Below are positions 24,788 to 34,149 of a stretch of 64,000 nt of DNA, piece by piece. The DNA lies in assembly GCA_040285825.1 (NCBI GenBank), contig JAUPSS010000003.1, forward strand, positions 2,356,001-2,420,000. Direction: 5' to 3'. Made by a program: the position numbers and the translations under genes. Within the stretch, counting starts at the first letter, position 1; each line of letters opens with the position of its first letter. The DNA comes from Eukaryota sp. TZLM1-RC. Its lineage: Eukaryota > Protista > Metamonada: BaSk clade. Under the pieces are notes generated by a model, which worked only from the letters and a program-made list of their open reading frames with translations, was not told the DNA's origin and searched no databases.

Positions 24788-25480
24788 CTATTCGTCCTTC
24801 TCGACCTTTAATTTCTCAAGATCCAACTTCTCCTCTTCTTTTTCTTCTACTTTTTCCTCTTCTTCTTCCTCCTCCTTTTCTTCAGCAGGCTTCATGACAG
24901 CAGCATTGCTATCTTGGGCCTTTATGAAAACTTCCTTGAAATTCTCAGCAATTTCAGCGCTTTGGAATCTGATAGCAAGAATGTCTTCAGAAGCTTCACC
25001 ATCAGCATAATCAATAGCGGTCCATATAAATGCACGGTCGCTATTACCATGGGGTTGAAGATCGAGGTTGGGGGAAATAAAATGGTTAGCACGAATCTTG
25101 AGGGTTTGTTCTTGCCGGAAAAGAACACGTGTTAACTTGGAGTCTGGGTTTTTCAAGATGTAAACGGTGCCGGTACCACGTTCTTTCCAGGCGGAAGCGG
25201 TCTTATCGTAGCGGAAGAGCTTAGTACGAGCTTCAAAAAGGTTATCCTCCACTTGTTCAACTGGCTTTACATGAACTTCGGGAAGACTGACGAGAGGCTC
25301 GAATTCAGCCTCACATTCCTCCTCAGGATTGTACGATTCGTCAACGACGTCTTCCTCATCCTCTTTTTTTGGTTTCGCAGTGGCAGCAGTAAAAGGATTA
25401 GATTGCTGAGCAGCAAAAGGGTTACTGGCAGCAGCAAAGGGATTGGAAGGTTTAGCAGCAGTGGCAAAAGGATTGGACAT
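24788..25480 (-). CDS. RANBP1: Ran-binding protein 1 (RanBD) with N-terminal NPF repeats
   Basis: FEPLVSLPEV, KLFRYD..WKERGTG, RQEQTLKIRANH, SDRAFIW..DYAD, LAIRF..E.AENFK, acidic tail. First ATG is at 25480. Confidence 0.92.
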   Translation of the reverse strand: MSNPFATAAKPSNPFAAASNPFAAQQSNPFTAATAKPKKEDEEDVVDESYNPEEECEAEFEPLVSLPEVHVKPVEQVEDNLFEARTKLFRYDKTASAWKERGTGTVYILKNPDSKLTRVLFRQEQTLKIRANHFISPNLDLQPHGNSDRAFIWTAIDYADGEASEDILAIRFQSAEIAENFKEVFIKAQDSNAAVMKPAEEKEEEEEEEKVEEKEEEKLDLEKLKVEKDE

Positions 25481-25803
25481 CAGATCAAATAGCAGTAATT
25501 TGTTGTGTGGAAAGATGGCTTTGCTTGAACTTTCCCTCTCTCTCACTAAATCCTTTTTTCTCTAAATACCTTATTCAAGATATCTAGGCTAGCATTGAAG
25601 TTTCAATTTCATACATACCTATGTTTTTCTGCTTCTATGTGGAGAAGTGTGAAAAAGAAACCAAAAGTAATGAGTTGGCGTTTCAAGCTCTCAATTACTC
25701 CTAGCGCATCAATTCTGCCATAGAATATCGTATATGTTTGTCGCATTCAGTAGAATGATGAAAATACACCACCAGCGGTGACTTAAAAATGTTGAAAGGT
25801 CAG

Positions 25804-25881
25804 TATTCCTGTTCATTGTTATTATGAGAAATTGTTTTGTTATTCCAGTTCATTGCTATTATAAGAAATTGTTTTGTTATT
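25804..25881. repeat. 37-bp tandem duplication
   Basis: tattcctgttcattgttattatgagaaattgttttgt / tattccagttcattgctattataagaaattgttttgt. Confidence 0.85.
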
Positions 25882-26419
25882 AATGAAACGTATTGTCTAC
25901 ACAACTAATGTTCACCATCTTCAAACCTAGCTTGACCTCGAAATTTTATAACTAAAAATTTTGAAAGGCAACCAAGGAAAGATAGTGAATTCTGGCTTCA
26001 AACATAACTACTTCAAAATGGCATCTTATTTATAGCATAGATAATAATAAATTAAGAGCGTGGAAAGGGAAAACTGTTTCTAAAGTTTCAAAAATATCAA
26101 TAAACATGAAGAAAAAAGAGCATTGAATCTTACATTGACGGTTTTTTGAATGTTGCAGTTAGTCAATACTGATGACTTTTTATGACTTTTTATGCAAGTT
26201 TCCATCTGGAATTTATTGTAGTACAAAAATTGTATTTTCAATTATTGAAATGGGTTGAATTAATCTTTTGGAGTCCCAAAATTGGAAAAATGTCTTCATT
26301 TGAAGCTAGATTAATGTTCAATGAAAGTGTAAAATTCAGATGAAACCAGTATATTAATAAACATCTTTCGTCCTAAAGACTCTTATTTTCTATTGATATA
26401 GACAATATCTGATACAATG

Positions 26420-28178
26420 CCATGCTAAGAGACACCTGCCCTTTATGAAATCAGCTAGAGACGGTTTATGTCTGAACACTTCACTGAGAACTAGACCAGG
26501 CATTTGGAAGAGGGAGTAAACAGATATTGCCTGCCTTTCAATGAACGAAACAGTATTTGAGAACATAGACTTAGAGTAAATCCAAAAAGGGAAAAGTATT
26601 CAAAATTTGATATTTCATCAAAATCAAATTTGTATTTGAGGGCATTGTTTTATATTAATAATTATCTATAAGACGAGGAAAGCAAATTCTTTCATGCTTT
26701 GCCTTTGAAGAATTCTCGTATTCCCTCCTATATCAGAATTGACAAGACAAATTTAATGGACTTGTTCTTTGTCCAATATAAGGACATCCTTGGTCCAAGG
26801 TCGTCTTACCAATGCAATAATCAAGCTGCTGATTTGGTTTTATGGAATACCTTTTTGAAAATGGATAAATTAAAAACACAATACTTTCATCGGAAAATAC
26901 CATGTACATCATGTCTAGTATCGAGACTGATGGAATAGCAGTAAGTTTCATTCAATCTAGAATGGACTTGACAAAGTACAAAGTAACTGCAAAAGAAGTG
27001 AAAGATAAAGAAAAATATATTGATGACCCCAGCATCAATCCTTCTGAATTCCAAGATATGACTCTTGCTGCTGCTGATCCAGGGAAATCTGATCTACTCT
27101 ATTTTTCTGCCAATTTAGCTACTGGAATGACTCATTCAAATAAACCTGAGAGAGATAAACAAGTTCATTTCAGGTACACTCAAAATCAACGAACATTTGA
27201 GTCGAAAAGTTCCAAATTCCAAAGAGAAAGAGACAGCATACGGAATGACACTCTTATCACAATACGTAACTCTACTGGTAGAGTGATTGATCTATCCAAT
27301 TATGAACCATCTGAAGAGCAGCAACAAAGGATGGATTTAAACAGCAGTATAATTAATCAAATGACTGAAAGAACAATTAGTTTATTAAGAGGTGAAGTAC
27401 CTCAAGAAATCAATATTCCCCATAAAATTAATCGCTCATTCAATTTGAGAAATAATGATCACACGACTAAATCTGTAGCAGAATGGGAAGCAACTTTATC
27501 CCAATTCAATTCCAAAAGCTGCAGGTTTGATAGATTTATGGAGTATATTAAACAAAAGAATTTTGTGAATAGTAATGTTGGTGAAGTCTATCATCAAAAA
27601 AATTTGGGAAACTAAGATGGTGGGCTGAGATTAATCACACAAGATCTGAGGCAAAGATGATCCGGAGATTCGAATCAGTAATTGGTGATCCAGGTCAAGT
27701 TGTTATCGGAATCGGAAACTGGGAACAACGAAAACATATGAAATTCAAAGAACCTACGAAAGGAAAAAGTTTGAGAATTCTATTCAAAAAGGCTGATTAT
27801 AAGGTCTTTTTGATTGATGAGTTTCGATCCAGTTGCTGTTGTTTCAACTGTAAGAAAGCGGAGAAAACAGTTGAAACATTCCGATGGTGCAGAAATCCTA
27901 GGCCATGGAACAGGCATGAGATGTCTATTCGTCACGGGCTTACCATGTGTAAATCATGTGAAAGTTTGTGGAATAGAGATCGAAATGCTCCGCTGAATAT
28001 GTTGGCAATGATGGAAGCACATGTAAATGGTGGAGAAAGACCGCAATGCCTGCAGAGAGACAAGGTTGACAAAGGTTCAAAGAAAAAGGTATCTAGGAGA
28101 AAATCTTCACAAAAACTGTCCCTCAACATCAGTGTAAAAAGGACACTTATTTTATTGTTATTGTCATCATCTGTAACA
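26420..28178 (+). pseudogene. Fanzor1 (TnpB-like RNA-guided RuvC nuclease), degenerate
   Basis: In order: HFTEN*TRHL..VNRY, YLRALFYINNYL*..FHALPLKNSRIPSYIRID, IETDGIAVS, RuvC-I AADPG (27076), RYTQNQR, E..LSQFNSK, KLRWWAEIN..RSE, IGIGNWEQRKHMKFKEPTKGK, RuvC-II IDEFRSS (27819), CFNC..CKSC, RuvC-III WNRDRN (27978), ERP.CL.R. Two frameshifts at A-runs and two upstream stops. Left boundary is approximate. Confidence 0.88.
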
Positions 28179-28622
28179 ATGGCATCCCCACTATCAGAAA
28201 GACGACCAACGCTCAAGCGACTCTCCTCTTCGCTTCCAACATACCCCTACACATGCCCTTCTCTCAACACACAGACATCCTTCACCACTACAGTTCCATC
28301 CCCGAAGAAGATGAAGCATGACGATATGCCCTTCTCTCAAGTATCCTACTTCCCTATTACCAATCCAAAACCAGATACTCCCGACTCTTACCTTCCGAGA
28401 AACCACAGAGTTATTGTTGCCAATGGAAGAAAGTTATACACAGAAGAAGACGTCCAAACTATTCTCAACAACGCCCTAGGTCAGTTAGAGGAAGGTTTAA
28501 AAAAGAAATACGATAAGATCTTAGCCGAAAAGCTTCAAGACCAGTATAATTGTTTTGTTACGTTCAATAAGGAGTATTTATCAAGGAATGTAGAACCAGG
28601 CCAAATGTCTTATTATGCGTAG
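28179..28622 (+). CDS. AKIRIN: Akirin homolog (147 aa)
   Basis: N-terminal TLKR and SPKK motifs. C-terminal LYTEEDVQ..E..LKKKYDKILAEKLQDQYNCFVTFN..LSR....MSYYA matches the akirin helix and terminal SYxS-like motif. Confidence 0.85.
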   Translation: MASPLSERRPTLKRLSSSLPTYPYTCPSLNTQTSFTTTVPSPKKMKHDDMPFSQVSYFPITNPKPDTPDSYLPRNHRVIVANGRKLYTEEDVQTILNNALGQLEEGLKKKYDKILAEKLQDQYNCFVTFNKEYLSRNVEPGQMSYYA

Positions 28623-29282
28623 GTTGGGTGATGGAGACATCATAGACACATGGCATGTGTGTGTAGCAATAAACGTGGTAATGAGGTCCTTTTTCTTTAA
28701 ATTCGATAGTTTTTTGCTTAGCGAATGAGTTATTTAGAAAATAATTTCCTTGGTTCAATTATAATGCTCGTTTTGAAAAGCATCATTTTAATTTATTACA
28801 TGATGAATTATTAATACAAAAGTAGTTTTAAATCAATTCACTGATGAAATTACAAATGGTCAACTATAACACATGTTTTGAGAATGACAACATTAATGTA
28901 CTTACTGTTATAACCAATTTTCACTTATACAGAACATGATTCTCTTAACAAGTAACAAACAATTCTGATATTGCAGAATGTAAATAGTGTAGTGTGTATT
29001 TTCTCTCATAAATCAACAATGCTTTGACCATTTTGTCTCAAATTGTTCAACTCTAATCTCTTGAGTAATAAATTATTAACGTGAGTTTTGATCGATCAGT
29101 ATTTTCTGTTTGCCATAATAAGTGAGCTATTTACTTTGATTTGAACATTTCGTTTATAGCATGAGTGAGGCCAGATTTACTGGAACATCTTTGACAATTC
29201 TGCAAATGCAAATAAAGTGTAGGAGCTTCATCTAATATTCTTGTATTTTTGGAAATTGAAGGACAATAAATACAATTTATAG

Positions 29283-29494
29283 GTAGACCAACTGGTCTAG
29301 GGACATCTCAGCCTCCAGAAACCAGCTGGAGATTGCAATTAGTGCGTATTTCACTGGTACTAGGCCAGAACCATTGAGAAGGCCAAGGTGTGTGAGACGT
29401 CTAAGAAGACAGCAGTAGCTGTTGAAATCAACGTATTTCCAAGGTGTTTAGTGTATACTAACCCTTGGCGCTGAGAAGTTTACACAATTATTAG
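29283..29494 (+). ncRNA. Candidate structured RNA or structured intron-like insert (identity unknown)
   Basis: GC-rich island with several perfect hairpins and a 7-bp closing stem TCTCAGC/GCTGAGA. Strand is uncertain. Confidence 0.45.
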
Positions 29495-29630
29495 GTATAG
29501 TTATTCAATATTCACTATAATATTCAATAAATAGAGTTTTTTTATATTCACTATGTGAAATTCTTTGATGTAAGAAAATCAATTTACCATCCTTGTAGGT
29601 TGCAACTAGATCCCTTATATACAGCAACCA

Positions 29631-31283
29631 ATGTCAGACGGACCACTTCATCTTGACTGTTCAGGGCTCACGGACATGGAGTCCATTCTTCCACAACTCA
29701 GTGTGTTTACTGACCTCACATACTTGCATCTCTATCAAAACAAGTTCCACTGTCTACCAAAAGATTTATCTTGTCTTTCTGAGCTCGAAACGTTAGATCT
29801 TTCAAACAACAAGTTTTCTGCTGTTGAAGACGTCATTGACGGTCTTCTTTCCCTTCCCAAACTCAAACACCTCTTCATACACTTTGAAAACCCCAAGGAT
29901 GAAGAAGAAATCGCACTCCGAATGGATACACTCTCCTCGCTGAATGGAATCTCCCTTGATGACGTCGCTGATCACGTGAGCTCACGCCAGCAGCTTCCCG
30001 CCATTGAAGTCCCTTCTACCCCATGTGACGTTCTTCTTCAGTCCAGTTATATCCTCGACGAACTGGATTCCAATATTGGTGATCTTTTCGAAGAATTTCT
30101 TACCCTTTCTGATCCTAGTCAAGACAAGTCAATTGATGACGTCATCAATGTCAATCAATCACTCATCACGTTTTCAAATGCTCTGGCCCAGAAAGTTGGT
30201 GAGGATTCTGAAAATGAAAAAGTTTTGAGATCAATAATTTCATTGTTGGTCAACCAATTATCTGGAAATTCTGAAATTCTGGAAACACGCGGCAATGACA
30301 CCTCAGCATCACGTGATGAGTCAAGCAAAGTCAAACTTATGGAGGATATTGGTTTTCTTCAATCAGAAAATGAAAGACTGCTGGCAAGAATTAAGAAGCT
30401 TGAATTACAACACAGTCCACGTGTTTCGACACCCACATCACGTCATATGACGTCACCAGGTCAAAAAACAGCTCAAAAAACACCCAAGAGTCAGGAAAAG
30501 TCTGTTGAAAAAACCGGAAATTCCAAATACTTAACACTCAAACAACTCAAGGAGCTTATCGAAGAAATCTACGTTTCCAAGCAAAAATTTGACCAAAAAT
30601 GCGAAGAAATCAATCAACCAAAAGAAACTATGAGTCAGCATTTGTTGTCGTTTTTGACCCACAGATATGGTCTAAAAAGCTTAATTCTTCAATGGAGCAG
30701 AGCAGTCAAGGTTGCTGTTGAAAAGTTCAAAAATGTCGATAATGACGTTATGGTTTTTGACCGTATGCTCAAAAATTTGATTGATGAAGATTTCCGTTTG
30801 GTACAGAGTCAACTTAAGTCTACGGTTTATGAGCTGGTCAAGGCAGCAATCAGGTCACGTCATCCTTTGATTTCGGAAAGTGAACTAGGTCAAAAAATGT
30901 CGAAAAAGGTCAAAAGTGTTTTGACCGAGCCAGAATGGGTAGAAGTAGTCACTCATATGTACAGTAACGAAGATTCGCTTACAATTATCAGGAAATTGAA
31001 AGACCAAGGCTCAAATAGCATGACTTTCAACGACTTGCTGAAATTTTTGCTTGATTATCAGTTAGAAGCTCATCAAGATTTTTTGAGCTCTTTCAAATCT
31101 GTTTTTGACTCCCTAGATGACGACAATGATGGAATTTTGACTCTCAATCAGTTCAAAAATTTGTTGAAAAAGGTTGACAACAGAGAGGAAGTTGAGGAAA
31201 AATGCTTGAATAGCCTCTCTTGCAATAGAGTCACCTTTTCTGAAGCAGTAGGATTGTTGAGTGAAAGTTTGTTGGAACTGTAG
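29631..31283 (+). CDS. LRR + coiled-coil + EF-hand protein
   Basis: LxxLxLxxN repeats, a coiled coil, the block LTLKQLKELIEEIY.SK.KFD..ETM..H...YGLK, and an EF-hand DDDNDGILTLNQF. Confidence 0.85.
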   Translation: MSDGPLHLDCSGLTDMESILPQLSVFTDLTYLHLYQNKFHCLPKDLSCLSELETLDLSNNKFSAVEDVIDGLLSLPKLKHLFIHFENPKDEEEIALRMDTLSSLNGISLDDVADHVSSRQQLPAIEVPSTPCDVLLQSSYILDELDSNIGDLFEEFLTLSDPSQDKSIDDVINVNQSLITFSNALAQKVGEDSENEKVLRSIISLLVNQLSGNSEILETRGNDTSASRDESSKVKLMEDIGFLQSENERLLARIKKLELQHSPRVSTPTSRHMTSPGQKTAQKTPKSQEKSVEKTGNSKYLTLKQLKELIEEIYVSKQKFDQKCEEINQPKETMSQHLLSFLTHRYGLKSLILQWSRAVKVAVEKFKNVDNDVMVFDRMLKNLIDEDFRLVQSQLKSTVYELVKAAIRSRHPLISESELGQKMSKKVKSVLTEPEWVEVVTHMYSNEDSLTIIRKLKDQGSNSMTFNDLLKFLLDYQLEAHQDFLSSFKSVFDSLDDDNDGILTLNQFKNLLKKVDNREEVEEKCLNSLSCNRVTFSEAVGLLSESLLEL

Positions 31284-31555
31284 CATATTGTTTTGTTTTG
31301 TATCTTTAGATAAATTGTTCTTTTATATTTTTAATTACTTTTCTTTCTCTTGTGTAGCAGCGTTATTTGACGTAGAGATGTTGATAAGGTTTCTAATGCA
31401 CGACACTTTTTTGTATTTTACTTTGAGATTCACCATTTGTGACAATTGTGTTTGACCAATTTAAAAAATGCTTAAATTCGAAGAACTTCGTCACAACAGC
31501 AGTAGAATTTCTACTATTTCTGAAATGATCTATATATAGAAAAGAAAACTGAAAC

Positions 31556-31830
31556 ATACTATATGAAATGCAATGATGTCATTGACATTATCATGCTGTT
31601 GGTTGAACAATTTGGACAACGGTTCATTGTATTTTTTGATTTTGTGATTTTCAGCATTTGAAAGAAGTTTATGAATTTCAGAATTAGCAAGCCTTTCATT
31701 TGAGGCATTACAAGGATCAACAGACATTACATCCAATGAAATGAATCTTCAGAATCAAACAGAATTGACATCAGATGTTCCAAAAAAGGATTTAATTCTA
31801 TGGGATTTGCACATACAATATAATTGGTGA
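31556..31830 (-). mobile_element. REL non-LTR family A fragment
   Basis: DVMSVDPCNASNERLANSEIH..KKYNEPLSKL is near-identical to the 48.3 kb sequence. Confidence 0.85.
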
Positions 31831-32706
31831 CGTAGCTTAAACGATTGTGATTTAGTTTTCTATTTGTCTAATCTGTCTTGGCATGAATTTTTTCTATTTG
31901 AATAGATATATATCCAATATACACGAAATAAACTTGAGAAATTTGAACCATTGAACAAACGTCTGTACAGTGTCCATTATTATGCGGTCAATTCTGACAG
32001 TCTTTCAGTTGTTTCAGACACATTGAGTTTTCCTTTCTATTGTTCCTTCCACTGCACCACCACGATCTTTGCCTAAACGTCCTGACTGTACAAATTCTGC
32101 AAAGTTTTACTAGCAAAGAAGCTACAAAAGCTAGTGTGGTATTACTTTGATGAACAAAAAACACCTGGATGGACTAACTGTTACAACCATCTGCTCACAA
32201 AGAACCAAAACTTTGAAAATTTTCACTTATTTCAACATTATGTTTTAGGTCATAACTAGTCTTATTCTTGTATACAATTTGTTTGTCTTTGTCAATTAGT
32301 TGCGATTATTGATTGGTTTGAGCAGCTATTTAATTGTTAATTAAATATTTCCAAGCATAGTTGAACATCACGACAAATCATGAATTTTGTAATGGTTCTA
32401 TTTTGAAATTTTCACCAATTACCCATAAATTTCTATAGTTGGGTGCCTATCTCCCAAAACGAAACCTACATTGTTTATGATCTAATATATTATTTTTGGT
32501 CTTGTAGCTCTTTTTTGCATATTTTGCATTTATTTATAGCAATAAAAAAGACACAATTAGTCGCAAGGAGTGAACACCCTATGCCTACTGCTGTGATGAC
32601 GTCATGACGAAATGGGTTTGAGTGAAATCTTCAACTTTGATTCCAAACCATACCCTCTTATCTTTTCATCCACCAAATACTTTTTTTATTTAAAAACCAA
32701 TTCTTA

Positions 32707-33555
32707 ATGTCGTCTCTGGAAAGTCGTCGCTCTGCTTTTGAAAAACGACACAAAGAACGACAGCAACAACTTGCTGCCAAAGCTGCAGAACGCAAAACTT
32801 CCTCTTCGTCTTCTGCCATTGATCAAGGTCTTTCCTCAATGACCTCTATGATGCATGAACTCAACACATCTGTCGCTGACCCATCAGAGTTTTCTCTTCT
32901 CATATCAGAGGCTGAATCTCTCTTAACCCATTTGTCTCCCACTCTCCCTCCATACCATGTCAGGAGATTTAAGGATGAAATTAATAAAATTAAAAACGAA
33001 CATGTTGAAGGCGTTAAATTGTCTTCTATCCGTCCTATCATCTCTGAACCTGTTGCTATACCATTAAGGCCAGGTAGTACGAGAATAAGAGGGTTGGTTT
33101 TCTCAGATCAACAGGATGTGGTGATAAAACCAGAACGGAAAGTAGTTCAAAATCAACCACTGGTTCTGGAGAATTTACGTGATTGTCACGTTATTGTAGA
33201 ATCACCAATAGCATCGTTGCGAACTTCAAATTTGACAAATTGTACTATTAAAATTGGTCCAGTGCAAGGTGCCGCTCATATCAGTTTGTCAACACATTGC
33301 CACGTCACCATGACGTGTCATCAGCTCAGAATTCATCAATCAAATGATTGTACATTTATTGTTTATTGTCCTTCTCAACCCATTATTGAACACTGTAAAG
33401 ATCTGGCATTTGGTGAATTAAAAAAAGAAAATTATTTCTATGAACAAATGGATACAGATGCAGTTGATTTAGGGTTTTTAAGCAAGAATATGTTTGATCA
33501 AGTTTTAGATTTTACTAATCCAGGTTCTAATATTAATTGGAAGACTTTGGATTAA
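32707..33555 (+). CDS. TBCC: Tubulin-folding cofactor C
   Basis: N-terminal helical part (LPPYHVR) and beta-helix GPVQGA..CHQLRIH..SQPIIEHC..F, FDQVLDF..NW. Confidence 0.92.
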   Translation: MSSLESRRSAFEKRHKERQQQLAAKAAERKTSSSSSAIDQGLSSMTSMMHELNTSVADPSEFSLLISEAESLLTHLSPTLPPYHVRRFKDEINKIKNEHVEGVKLSSIRPIISEPVAIPLRPGSTRIRGLVFSDQQDVVIKPERKVVQNQPLVLENLRDCHVIVESPIASLRTSNLTNCTIKIGPVQGAAHISLSTHCHVTMTCHQLRIHQSNDCTFIVYCPSQPIIEHCKDLAFGELKKENYFYEQMDTDAVDLGFLSKNMFDQVLDFTNPGSNINWKTLD

Positions 33556-33752
33556 TTAATTTATTTAAAAAGTAACTATTTTATTTGTTTTGTTAAGTAG
33601 AGACATCACCCTGACCTAGTGAGGTGTAAAAAATTTATGTACATTTTTGTTTCATTTACCCATTTTCTATTCAGTGTGCACTACTCAAGAAACTCCAATT
33701 CACTCAAGAACTTGCACTTGCAACTAATCGTCAGAATGCCCCACATCAAGAA

Positions 33753-33826
33753 TCCCGCGTGGCGCAATCGGTTAACGCATTCGACTCTTAATCGAAGGAT
33801 TGTGGGTTCAAGTCCCACCGCGGGAG
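33753..33826 (+). tRNA. tRNA-Lys (anticodon CTT)
   Basis: TCCCGCGTGGCGCAATCGGTTAACGCATTCGACTCTTAATCGAAGGATTGTGGGTTCAAGTCCCACCGCGGGAG folds as a cloverleaf. Confidence 0.96.
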
Positions 33827-34149
33827 TCAAAAATTTTTCTTCAAGCAAGTGTTTTTTGGAAGTTTTGAATCAATATTATTAAAAGAGTCTGATAACGTTT
33901 CTCATTATTTAAATTGTAAATGTGGATGAAATTTTCTCTCGATTATCTGTTTAATGGTAACCACTTTATAACTGTTTGATAAAAAGTTGATTTTTTATCT
34001 TGCAATTCAACCAATTTTGAAACAACCTATGGAAGACAATTCGAAGGAAGACATTTGCTGTATTGGTCCAGAAAGTGCAATCCGAAGAGTTGTTACATTT
34101 TATCAATTCATAGATCTTGAATTAAATGTTCAAAAATGGTTCTGTGTTT

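Noticed and set aside
25804-25881. 37-bp repeats as a CRISPR array
   Set aside because: Two adjacent copies with no spacer, in a eukaryotic context with no cas genes.
32595-32610. TGACGTCA (CRE-like) site upstream of TBCC as a promoter element
   Set aside because: The motif is common inside gene bodies in this window, so one upstream instance is not diagnostic.
9000-33826. The two tRNA-Lys genes as integration targets or gypsy primers
   Set aside because: No element abuts either tRNA, and no TGGCTCCC primer-binding site is present in the gypsy leaders.
33619-33882. 87-aa ORF
   Set aside because: It overlaps tRNA-Lys(CTT) and is spurious.
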